Positions 1-11,412 of a DNA stretch of 64,000 bases are shown piece after piece. Numbering within the stretch: the stretch's first letter is position 1; each line of letters begins with the position of its first letter. The DNA is taken from positions 43,214,001 to 43,278,000 of the forward strand of contig OZ024740.1 in the NCBI GenBank assembly GCA_964016885.1, in the 5' to 3' direction. Source of the DNA: Eledone cirrhosa (Eukaryota). Below the pieces are notes generated by a model that was not told the DNA's origin, ran no database searches, and worked only from the letters and a program-made list of their open reading frames with translations. A program made the position numbers and the translations under genes.

Positions 1-182
1 CCAGGTGGACCATAACGCACCAAAGTACTCAATACTTAGGGTAGTAGAGTGGGTAATAGGAGTAAATAAGACCCCGACGGCTGAGCTCAAGCCGTTTCGA
101 CGGCTAATTCTGTACTTAATTAGCCGAGTACAGAATTAGCCTTCGAAACGGCTTGAGCTCAGCCGTCGGGGTCTTATTTACT

Positions 183-185
<3 letters not shown>
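1..185 (-). mobile_element. Fold-back element family A, copy 1 (PLE pseudo-LTR derivative with 3' half of a hammerhead)
   Basis: Arms 57-116 and 127-185 are inverted; minus strand reads GAAACGGCT-tgagctc-AGCCGTC; same family recurs four more times; ends in (TA)n. Confidence 0.75.
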
Positions 186-254
<69 letters not shown>

Positions 255-335
255 TATATGTACACATAAACACATACAGGCACATATACACATATACATA
301 CATATACACATACATATATATCTATATATATATAT

Positions 336-376
<41 letters not shown>

Positions 377-427
377 CATACACATACACATACAAGTACA
401 TACATATATACACATACATATACATAC

Positions 428-507
<80 letters not shown>

Positions 508-560
508 ATGTATGTGTACATATGTATGTATGTACTTGTATGTGTATGTGTATGTGTATG

Positions 561-610
<50 letters not shown>

Positions 611-702
611 GATATATATGTATGTGTATATGTATGTATATGTGTGTATGTGCCTGTATGTGTTTATGTGTACATATATGTGTGTATATATATATATATA
701 TG

Positions 703-765
<63 letters not shown>
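186..765. repeat. Compound (TA)n/(CATA)n/(TATG)n microsatellite block
   Basis: Read directly; 245-440 and 482-685 are mutual reverse complements. Confidence 0.95.
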
Positions 766-768
<3 letters not shown>

Positions 769-797
769 ATCAAAAGATGGTTAAAAGAGTTCCATGT

Positions 798-865
798 ATT
801 TTATTATGCGCATTTCAAAAACAAATATCATCATGCAATACTATTTGTGTTTTCATCAGATAAAA
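798..865 (-). ncRNA. Minimal type I hammerhead ribozyme (F1)
   Basis: ttttat-CTGATGA-stem II-GAAA-TGCGCA-TA-ataaaa on minus strand; stem I ttttat/ataaaa. Confidence 0.8.
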
Positions 866-966
866 CATGAAGACATGATATGCAGGTTAAAAAACACTTG
901 TGGATAGTTCAGTTTTAAATCAACATATCCACAAGTGTTTTTTAACCTTCATATCATGTCTTCAGG

Positions 967-1030
967 TTTTATCTGATGAAAACACAAATATTATTGCATG
1001 ATATTTGTTTTTGAAGTGCGCATAATAAAA
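967..1030 (+). ncRNA. Hammerhead ribozyme (F1), GAAA mutated to GAAG
   Basis: CTGATGA at 973-979; core mutation relative to the sister arm. Confidence 0.6.
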
Positions 1031-1158
1031 TACATGGAACTCTTTTAACCATCTTTTGTTCTTATATATTATGTATACTCCAGTCCTACGAACTGTAGAG
1101 TGCTTATTATCCGATATCTGCATTGCTTTATTGTACTACAATAAAACTCACCTCCTAC

Positions 1159-1160
<2 letters not shown>

Positions 1161-1246
<86 letters not shown>

Positions 1247-1256
1247 CCTCTCTCTA

Positions 1257-1295
<39 letters not shown>

Positions 1296-1350
1296 ATGTG
1301 TTGGTGTGTATGCATGTATGTGTGAACGGAGGTATATATACGGACATATG

Positions 1351-1388
<38 letters not shown>

Positions 1389-1518
1389 CACGTGTGTGTG
1401 TGTGTGTGTATACACGTGTGTGTGTGTGTGTATGTGTGTGTGTATGTGTATATATGTATATTTAGTTATGTATCTTTATGTGTGTATATGTATGTATGTG
1501 TATGTATGTATATGTAGG

Positions 1519-1555
<37 letters not shown>

Positions 1556-1603
1556 GTATATATATATATATATATGTGTGTGATGTGTGTATGTGTATAT
1601 GTA

Positions 1604-1634
<31 letters not shown>

Positions 1635-1842
1635 ATATATATATATATATATACCCATGTGGAGGTATGAGTACATATTCGTCTGTGTACGTATGTGTAT
1701 ATATGCATTTATATGTGTCTCTATATGTTTTTGTGTATGTATGTGGATCTATTTGTGCATGGGTGTGTGATTGATGGTGTGTGTCTAATATTCCTACATA
1801 TGCCCGTGTGTGTATGTACGTATATACGCACATATGTGTGTG
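1161..1842. repeat. (TA)n/(TG)n compound microsatellite
   Basis: Read directly. Confidence 0.95.
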
Positions 1843-2433
1843 TTGAACAAAGGACTAATTTTGGGATGGAAGTAGAAAAATTCTTCAGAAAAAAATAAAA
1901 AAATAATTATTTACAAACTTGGCAGGTGCGATTTGCCTGTGACCATTCTCAACAAAAAGGAATACTAAAAGCTTTTTCCCCTGAATAAAGGAATTTTTCG
2001 AGAATGACCGGGGCAGGCCGCACTTGCTACATTTCTCCCCACCCAACCCCACTCACCGTCTCAACTCATTACTGCTATTAACACTTTTTCAACACACCTA
2101 CACCCATACACTTATTAAAGGGGGAGAAAAGAAACCCCCACCACACCACAGACATGTTAAATCCCTATATATATAACAACACACCACATACACATCAGTT
2201 TGACAAGCGTACCTCAGCGTGAAACGTCGTTCTAAAAACGAAGCAGTACCTCCTACGTTAACCAAGAACTCCTAAGACCTAACCAACAACCAACAACCAA
2301 CAACTTAATTCATAAAATAATGTTTTTTTAAGAAAAAAAATTTTTCTAATCCGGAAAAAAATTCTTTTTGGATTTTGTGAAGAAAATAAATTTGTTGAAA
2401 GCACAAGTGAAGCCATTTTTTCTTCCCCTTGTC

Positions 2434-2491
<58 letters not shown>

Positions 2492-2523
2492 CACACACAC
2501 AAACACACACACACATATATATA

Positions 2524-2738
2524 TAACGAAGGAATTGTGGTAAGGAACCAGATGGACCATAACGCACCAAAGTACTCAATACTTAGGGTAGTAGAGTGGT
2601 AATAGGAACAAGTATGACCCCGACGGCAGAGCTCAAGCCGTTTCGACGGCTATTTCTGGACAATGGTTAAGAGTGACTACGTCCAGAAATAGCCTTCGAA
2701 ACGGCTTGAGCTCTGCCGTCGGGGTCATACTTGTCCTA
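2524..2738 (-). mobile_element. Fold-back element family A, copy 2
   Basis: Same tail and arm as 1-185, 19-nt spacer, (TA)n on both sides. Confidence 0.8.
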
Positions 2739-3254
2739 TATATATATATATATATAATAACAAGAAACGAAGCGAGCTGTGTCGTTACTGTAAACAACGT
2801 TTAAGATGGTAATATCAACGAAACAAGAGAAAGACCCCTTCGTCAGCTGTTAACTGCATATCATAGATGTTTCGGCGCTTAAAACAGGACATCAAAAGCG
2901 AACAGGCCTTTTATCGATCGGCCACGAGGGAAAGACAAGAAAAAAATATGTGTATATACATATATATAACATTAAAGTTTAGTTTGAGATGAAATATAGA
3001 CCTAATGTGAAGCTATTTTTAGAATTACTAGTGGCCCGACTGTAATTTTCTGTTTTAGCAGGAAATACACGTGCGTTCACAGTTGATGTCGAAAGCATTG
3101 CCGATGGGAGAACTACATAATATTGTTTATCTGGTCCTTATATTATGAGCTTCGTTAGAGCTTTTGGTCACTTTGCGTATTTAACCAGTTTATGATCTTA
3201 TCCGTATAACACACACACACACACACACAGACACACACGCACACACGCACACAA

Positions 3255-3298
<44 letters not shown>

Positions 3299-3324
3299 TA
3301 ATATATATCCATACGCATATATAG

Positions 3325-3381
<57 letters not shown>

Positions 3382-3512
3382 GATAAATCTACCAAGAGTT
3401 TACGGTAGTGTCCAATCCGTATGAAGAACTCAATGTATTCCGGATATCATGGAAAGAAGAGATGTAATGAAAATCCAATTTCGGTGAAAGATAAACGGTA
3501 TACAGAGTCAAG

Positions 3513-3909
3513 ATAAAATATTAAACAAATAATGAACAAACAATTCCTTATATTAAACAAAAAAAGTTCACTATTTAACGATCGTTTCTAGGGTATACAT
3601 GTGTTATAATTGGTATGCATATTTAACAGATCTATGTACAAAATTATACAAAATTATACAAATTATCAAGATTAAATATACATACCTAACTCATATATAC
3701 GCCGTCTTCAGAAATATTTCTGAAGACGGCGTATATATGAGTTAGGTATGTATATTTAATCTTGATAATTTGTATAATTTTGTATAATTTTGTACATAGA
3801 TCTGTTAAATATGCATACCAATTATAACACATGTATACCCTAGAAACGATCGTTAAATAGTGAACTTTTTTTGTTTAATATAAGGAATTGTTTGTTCATT
3901 ATTTGTTTA

Positions 3910-3918
<9 letters not shown>
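3513..3918. repeat. 406-bp spacerless palindrome (PLE pseudo-LTR fold-back, family F4)
   Basis: Centre gaaat|atttc at 3715/3716; 203-bp arms, no mismatch seen by eye. Confidence 0.9.
3715..3859 (+). ncRNA. Type I hammerhead with ~115-nt stem II (F4); mirror copy at 3572-3716 on minus
   Basis: tattt-CTGAAGA ... GAAA-CGATCG-TT-aaata; the insert folds as a long hairpin (ggtatgtatatttaa/ttaaatatgcatacc). Confidence 0.7.
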
Positions 3919-3974
<56 letters not shown>

Positions 3975-4784
3975 CGGCGATGAATTAGTTTTGCGAGGTT
4001 TTTTATATGAAATCGTGTGTCGAAACAAATATTGTTATACTTGGGGAGGGTCATATTTGTGTAATATTGCCAGAATTAATAACAGAACACACTCACTGTT
4101 TGGTTGGTTTTCGCTTCTCGCTTCTGTGACTTTTATATCGGTAATCTAATATACTCGGTCCTCTGACCGGCGGTTAAAAATAATACAGATACAATATAGA
4201 CACAAACACATATATATAGTTTATCATAAATCTTTCGTTGCACATCTGCAATATCGTCAGTGGTGCTATATTTTCATCCTGTTGTATTGTATGTCTACGC
4301 CATTTTTATTCAGTCTGTCTATATATTTATTTATTTATTTGCTTGTTTGTTTAGTTTATTTTGTCTTCTTTGCGCATGCGTTTGCGTGTGTGTATAGTGT
4401 TTTGTTTGCTGTGTGATGGGTGACTAGTGTGTGTTTATGTGCTTGTTGTTATTGTGATTGTGGATGTATTTATTTATTTATTTATTTATTTATTTTATTT
4501 TATTTACTTATTTATACTTCTCTTAGGTCAGTGTTGTTTGTTTGGATGTTGTTGTTATTCCATTCATTCTTTCTGTTTAGCCTTGGTCTTCTAATTTCTA
4601 TTTCACTGGCCTCTCTGATTTGCCTATCTGCTGGGTCATTTCTATGTTTAGATATTATTCTAATATCTATGTTGTCTATATTACCGTCATATTGTTGTCT
4701 AGCATGTTCGTATAGTACTGACCCGTTTTTTTCGTCCTTTTAGTTACCCCACTGTTGGTCTATCCTTTCACCTATGCTACGAGC

Positions 4785-5560
4785 ATGTGCGACCCAACAG
4801 AAATGGAAAGACACATCCAACACTTCATCAACCGCATGCAGTTCTCTGGCTACAACCAAAGAGACAGAATCAGAGTATACGAAGGAGCCATGGAGAAGTA
4901 TAAGACCCTCATAGAACTGGATATGAAAGGAATTTTCCCATTATACAGGAGCAAATCATGGAATAGCTTAGATAGGGCTAGATATAAGATAGGGAAAGCC
5001 ACCTCATGGTACGACAACCAGAGATACCAGAGTGTCATGTTTCTGGACGCTACTCCTGGAGGGAAATTAGCTAACCAGTGTAGAAAGGCCCTGAGAAAGA
5101 CCCACTTAAAAATAAAGGTGGTAGAAAAACCAGGAACCACCATAAAATCCCTGATCAGCAAAACCTACCCTTTTAAGAAAACCCACTGTAACAATAGGAA
5201 AGGTATCATATGTAAGGTGTACCCCCGGATAAACTGTAAAACTAGAGACGTAGTCTATAGCATAAGATGTACAGAAGGTACTTGCAGAAACATGACAACA
5301 ACATACATAGGTGAGACAGCTCGTAGCATAGGTGAAAGGATAGACCAACACTGGGGGGAACTAAAATGACGAAAAAACGGATCAGTACTATACGAACATG
5401 CTAGACAACAACATGACGGTAACATAGACAACATAGAAATTAGAATAATATCTAAACATAGAAATGACCCAGCAGATAGGCAAATCAGAGAGGCCAGTGA
5501 AATAGAAATTAGAAGACCAAGGCTAAAGAGAAAGAATGAATGGAATAACAACAACACCCA
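4785..5560 (+). pseudogene. PLE RT thumb, Cys linker and GIY-YIG endonuclease fragment
   Basis: ORF 4755-5369 has SGY, PLYR..W, TPGG.L, VVEKPG, VVY...YIGETAR; the EN C-terminus appears to continue past the stop. Confidence 0.85.
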
Positions 5561-5838
5561 AACAAACAACACTGACGTAAGAGAAGTATAAATAAGTAAA
5601 TAAAATAAAATAAATAAATAAATAAATAAATAAATACATCCACAAGCACAATAACAACAAGCACATAAACACACACTAGTCACCAATCACACAGCAAACA
5701 AAACACTATACACACACGCAAACGCATGCGCAAAGAAGACAAAATAAAATAAACAAACAAGCAAATAAATAAATAAATATATAGACAGACTGAATAAAAA
5801 TGGCGTAGACATACAATATAACAGGATGAAAATATAGC

Positions 5839-5880
5839 ACCACTGACGATGTTGCAGATGTGCAACGAAAGATTTATGGT
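5839..5880 (+). ncRNA. Minimal type I hammerhead (F3); inverted degenerate copy at 4223-4264
   Basis: acca-CTGACGA-t-GTTGCA-gatg-TGCAAC-GAAA-gatt-TA-tggt. Confidence 0.75.
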
Positions 5881-6379
5881 AAACTAAATATATGTGTTTG
5901 TGTCTATATTGTATCTGTATTATTTTTGACCGCCGGTCAGTCAATGGCAACATTGAGGACCGAGTATATTAGATTACCGATATAAAAGAAACAGAAGCGA
6001 GAAGCGAAAACCAACCAAACAGTGAGTGTGTTCTGTTATTAATTCTGGTAATATTACACAAATATGACCCTCCCCAAGTATAACAATATATATATATATA
6101 TATATATAGTATATATTACACAAAGAGAAATGTGTTACACAGTGAGAAGTGTGTAAAGAATTATTACAAGTGATTTTACCGTTACTCTGTAGGGAACAAT
6201 ATCTACAGGTAAGCAATTAAATAGAAAAAAACCAGATCAGAATCAAATCTCTGGATTGGAATTTTAAATCACAAACCTTATAACTATATTTTGCTGATAC
6301 GAACCTAATTTTTCGTTTCACCACTTAGATGTGTCACCACCTATATGTGTAAAATAACAGTCTTTGATTTAAGTTATTG

Positions 6380-7330
6380 GAATGATTTCTTTATTGTATT
6401 TAATTTTATCAGGATAACCGGCTTTAGAAAGCGCATTATTATAGTAATTGGCGTTAGCACCAAAGATATTTTTTATTAGAGGATATGTTTGATATTCCTT
6501 TTCCAATATTACTGACTATAGCATTTTTAATGTTAGTGGGGTGGTTAGATTTAAAATTAACATAATTTAGATTCTCATTGTTTTTATGCTAATCCAGTGT
6601 CAAGATTAAGGGATATATCCAAGAAGTTAGCTAGTTTGACGTTGTTATAAAATTCGATTTTACGGTTATGTTGCTTAAAAAGATCATGTATATTGTTCTT
6701 AATAATATTAAGGTTAACTAAATTGCAATTTAAGATAGTAAAAAGTCCATCGTCACGATAGATTCCACCGCGAATTTGGGGAATTTTCCGATTTAAAGAA
6801 TTCAAAATAAAAATACCAATCAAGTCAGTCAATTGCGATGAATCGGGAGCAGCCATTGTGATATCAAAGTTGTTGGAAGCATCGGCTCTAGTCCAGTATT
6901 CATTGTTGTATTCTAAGATGGTTTTACCTGCGGTGAGAATGATGTGAAGTTCATCTGTGGTGATGTCAGAATATTTAAATGCGAAAGATAGAGCAGTGTT
7001 GAGAAGTGAAGGCGAAATAGAAGAATAGTAGCTGGCAATATCAAATTGAATAAATTTTTGTTTGTTTTTCTTACTCAGGTTGTTGAACCAGCCAATTACT
7101 TCAAAAGTACCAAACCATAAATTTAAGTTAGAAATAGAGCAATTAGAACGAACCTGTGGGATAATTCTATCCAAGATGGCTTTACTAACAATCCACAGAT
7201 CTGATTTAGAGGGGGCGATTAGTCTAACAGGTAGTTCCGTTCGAAAATTGCTTTTATGATCCTTGAGATTTATCCTCAGAGTTCTTGGGAGGAATGGTTC
7301 GGTCTTTTTTTCAATGCCAAGTTTTCACAT
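6380..7330 (-). pseudogene. PLE reverse transcriptase fragment (inverted segment)
   Basis: LKDHK, PVRLIAPSKSDL, FIQFDIASYYSSI, GIYRDDGL, FLDISLNL; homologous to the 47.6-49.4 kb ORFs. Confidence 0.9.
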
Positions 7331-8818
7331 AATGTCAGAAGCTGAGAAATTTACCATTATATCTAATTTCAATTCTATAATAAATAGACGCACTGATTTA
7401 TTTTCTCTCTGCTTGCATAAATTCCACAGAACATTCCATAAAGTATAAGCTAATATCTAATACCTTACTAGTCTAAAATCCTTTTTCTCAAAGGCTTATA
7501 TATATACCCATCTTTCTACCCATTCTAAAAAATATACCCATCTTTCTACCTTATTTCAATATTATTTATTATATATTATATAATACGAGTTACTCATTCT
7601 ATATCATTCCTCTTTATCACTTTCCTTTCTTCCTCTTTTCTTTTTGATTTCTAACCTCTAATCTGTACTTTTTCTTCCTAACTACTTTTCAATTCTTATT
7701 ATTACTTACCACAACATTATCCATTCTTCCATCTTTCTTCATATCATTGGCCATAAAAATTATTATTATTTTTTTAATACATTCTCGTATTACCTTTAAT
7801 AGTCCTTCGTAAACATAAACACTTTTTTGACGTTAGATTTTTCTCCCTTAAATTCCTTATCTCATCCTTTCATGCTCGTTTGACTTTTACATATTACAAT
7901 ACATAAAAACAAACTTAAACCCTAACTAATTTCTTTTAATATATTATATTATTACCATTAGAAAATATTTCGTAAACATATATATTTTTGATGTTAGATA
8001 TTTTCTTCCTTAAACATTATTTTCTTCTTTGCTTTCTGCGCTCATTTTTAAACAAATTATTTACGTACCTATATTACGCACACATATTACATTACATAAA
8101 AACAAACTTAAACACTAACTAATTCCTCTAAATTCATAAATCATTCATTCTTCTACTTCTTTTCACATTATATCCTTAATAACATTAATATTTTTATCTT
8201 AATAATACATACGAATAATTTCTTTTCCTCGCACATATTAAACCCTTCAATATACAAACCTTAATTTAATATTATTCTTAATCCCGTTTTCTCTTCATGC
8301 ATAAACCTCATTAACTTTTAATTTCAAATTCTTTTAAATTATCTATTATCTTCCAACGGCTTTTTAACCTCTCTCCGTGAGACAATATATATATTTTTCT
8401 CAATTGTAAGGGCTATCTCTCTCTCTCTATCACCCATCTCTCCTCCCTCTCATCCTTGCTTCTTATACTCCTCCCCCACCATTCTTTACTCTCATCTCCT
8501 CCTCTTCCTTACCTCCCCCACCTCACTTTTTCCCAATCTCATACATCACTCTTAAATTATTTTTCATATATTGATCTAAAACTTCACTATTCACAAGTGT
8601 TTTTTAAGCTTCATATCATGTATCCCTATTTTATCTGATGAATACGCAGATACCATCCCATGATGATATTTGTTTTTGAAATGCGCATAATAAAATACTT
8701 GGAACTCTTTTAACCATCTTTTGATATTATATTATTTATACTCCAATCCTACAAACTGTAGAGTGCTACTTATCCGATATTTGCATTGCTTTATTGTGCT
8801 ATAATAAAACTCACCTCC

Positions 8819-8822
<4 letters not shown>
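7331..8822 (+). mobile_element. 3' end of a PLE: EN C-terminus, long AT-rich 3' UTR and F1 pseudo-LTR
   Basis: AEKF...INRRTDLFSLCLHK..KV* (stop 7448) matches PLE EN tails elsewhere in the window; HHR at 8628-8696; ends in (TA)n. Confidence 0.75.
8628..8696 (+). ncRNA. Minimal type I hammerhead (F1)
   Basis: attttat-CTGATGA...GAAA-TGCGCA-TA-ataaaat. Confidence 0.8.
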
Positions 8823-8867
<45 letters not shown>

Positions 8868-8936
8868 GAGCTTTCAACAGAAATGGTCGCATTCTTTAAG
8901 GGTATGCCAATATCTATTTATAAAACTGATCCATAT

Positions 8937-8999
8937 ATTTTATCTGATGAAAGCGCAGCATAATTTGACTTGGTGTCCTTGAAATATGTATAATGAAAT
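8937..8999 (+). ncRNA. Minimal type I hammerhead (F2) in solo pseudo-LTR fragment 8866-9040
   Basis: CTGATGA 8944-8950, GAAA 8981-8984, TATGTA-TA; homologous to the pLTRs at 45.7 and 49.6-50.1 kb. Confidence 0.75.
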
Positions 9000-9479
9000 A
9001 AATATGGTTTTATAAATATAGTTTCCATTTGTTAATATATCGTATATATATATATACCGTTTCCAAACATATATGTACATATATACATCCACGTATATAT
9101 GTATATATATGTTTAGAAACGGCTAGCGAGTTTCAAAATTAGGTAGTAACATGAGCTTACGTCGTATTTGACTAAATAGAATTAGTCTGTTATTTGGGAT
9201 GTAAAAAAACCCCTCTGAATTGAAAAGAAAAGTATGAGAATTGATGTACATGGGGCCACGAACCATCATCTTTTACTTGCCGGACCTATGTGTCCCTATC
9301 TACAATATATATATATATATATTTATTAAAGGTAAAATATAAGGGTGAAAGCAGCGATTCTTTGATTAAATTTTAATCTGTTATTTTAATAAATATTTGC
9401 TCTACGGTTCTTATATATTTGATATATATTTATCCTTATCGAGCCCCCTTTGGATTTTAGTCTTCAAATGTATTATTAT

Positions 9480-9521
<42 letters not shown>

Positions 9522-9903
9522 GATAAGTATAGAAATTGTTTTAGCGAGAAGCTAACAGTATTCCATAACATATATGTGACTATAGCGTCAAAATGGGAAA
9601 ATAGTTAACATAAGATATGGGAAAAATAATTCAGATTCAAATCAAAAGGACTCAGGATATAGATTTATCCAACAGAATTTAGAGACATCCAGGGAAAAAT
9701 CAATAGAGCCTTAACTCATGATAAAACAAAGTCTAAAGTACTCAACCTTCAATTTGGGACAACTTCAAATGCTCTGTATAGTCTTGAAAAGACTATATAT
9801 AGATATATATAGATATATACATACTACTGTACGTCTGTACACATATATGTATGTACGTGTACATATTTATATATATATATATATATATAATTATATATAT
9901 ATA

Positions 9904-9978
<75 letters not shown>

Positions 9979-10020
9979 GTGAGGGTTTTTTTACAAAATG
10001 AAAAATAACCGAGTGAAAGT

Positions 10021-10672
10021 ATAAAGAAAAAAAGATGTAATCGAAAATGCAACTGGAGACTTATTTAAAAAAAATATATATATATTTATTTGGTTCCTTT
10101 ACCGGTTTCGCAGTTCTTCTGCTTTTCAAAAGTAGAGTTGAGATGGAGGGTCTGTGGTTTTTCTCACATCTGGTTGGTCTCTGAATGTTACTTGGTTTAT
10201 ATGGAAAAAGTGGCTCGAAATGCCAGGTTTTTCGAGAAGTAATTTGATTGGTTGGTCAATAATTATAATAAATTTCGCGCCAGTTCTCGTTACAAAGTAC
10301 TTCAAACAAGGGGGCGGGGGTGTCACAGGTTGTTTTTTTCATATATGAGTGTTTGAATTTCTTTTTACTTGAAAAAAGGGGCTCACGAAGGCTTTTTTTT
10401 TAATAAGCGTAATTTGATTGGTTATAAATGAAATTATGGCGTCACGTGAACCAGTTTTCATTAAATTTTCGCGCCCTTATTTGGAAATCCATTCTGTAGC
10501 CTTTTTAGAGAATTTTATGATAAGTAAAAGATAATGGTCAAGAGAAATTGGATGGGAGAATTGTTCTGGTTCAGTGAATATGGTTAGTTCGCTGGGGTGT
10601 CAGAATTCAGATGTTATATTGAATAAAGAAAGTAAAGATATGTATGTTTATTTGTGTGCTTGTGTGTGTGCG

Positions 10673-10768
<96 letters not shown>

Positions 10769-11076
10769 GAATTTCTTTTTACTTTAAAAAAAGGGGGGCT
10801 CACGAAGGCTTTTTTTTAAACTGGCGCGAAATCTATTATAATTATTGACCAACCAATCAAATTACTTCTCGAAAAACCTGGCATTTCGAGCCACTTTTTC
10901 CATATAAACCAAGTAACATTCAGAGACCAACCAGATGTGAAAAGTACCACAGACCCTCCATCTCAACTCTACTTTTGAAAAGCAGAAGAACTGCGAAACC
11001 GGTAAAGGAACCAAATAAATATATATATATTTTTAAAAAATAAGACTCCAGTTGCATTTTCGATTTCATCTTTTTT

Positions 11077-11082
<6 letters not shown>
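10021..11082. mobile_element. PLE-type fold-back insertion (family F5) with ~260-bp inverted arms
   Basis: 10021-10283 is inverted relative to 10818-11082; internal 45-bp direct duplication at 10354/10769; (TA)n flanks. Confidence 0.7.
10971..11009 (+). ncRNA. Type I hammerhead, U3:A8 core variant (F5); second copy 10095-10134 on minus
   Basis: ctt-TTGAAAA-GCAG-aagaa-CTGC-GAAA-CCGG-TA-aag. Confidence 0.65.
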
Positions 11083-11124
<42 letters not shown>

Positions 11125-11127
<3 letters not shown>

Positions 11128-11412
11128 TATACGTCTGTACACATATATGTATGTATACATACTTATATTTAGGTATCAGCCGTACTAAGAGTGAGAATTG
11201 AAGTGTTGTTTAATTCTTTTCCATTTATCGTTTTCGCTGCGCCCGGCCGTCTAACTCACTCGATATGCAAATTAGGCTGCTCAGCCGTTAATATGCATAC
11301 AGAAAATATATACTTTCAAACGTTCAATCATATGCCAGAAAGTTATACGATGCTGACGATAGCTAATAAGCTTGAAACTAGTACATCGTTCCTGTGTCAG
11401 TGTTGAACACAA
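11125..11412 (+). mobile_element. HHR-bearing repeat family F6, partial copy
   Basis: Aligns to 39865-39970 and then continues into sequence matching 39530-39710. Confidence 0.75.
11347..11389 (+). ncRNA. Minimal type I hammerhead (F6)
   Basis: acgatg-CTGACGA-t-AGCT-aata-AGCT-t-GAAA-CTAG-TA-catcgt; 6-bp stem I. Confidence 0.85.

Larger units (their letters stand above)
762..1160 (+). mobile_element. PLE pseudo-LTR fold-back (family F1) with inverted arms and 3' tail
   Basis: Arms 762-906 and 926-1068, 19-nt spacer; right arm plus tail matches the PLE 3' end at 8590-8822. Confidence 0.8.
4028..6088 (+). mobile_element. 5'-truncated Penelope-like element (Nematis-like) with ~760-bp inverted terminal arm
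   Basis: 4028-4783 is the inverted copy of 5319-6088; encodes PLE thumb and GIY-YIG; ends in (TA)n; clade from motif recollection. Confidence 0.85.

Noticed and set aside
116-1898. Long YI/CV/HT-repeat ORFs (also near 39.2, 56.4, 57.9, 60.4 and 61.8 kb)
   Set aside because: Translations of dinucleotide microsatellites that lack stop codons.
2836-2880. Possible type II hammerhead on minus (GAAA...CTGACGA)
   Set aside because: No consistent stem I and stem III with a UH site could be built.
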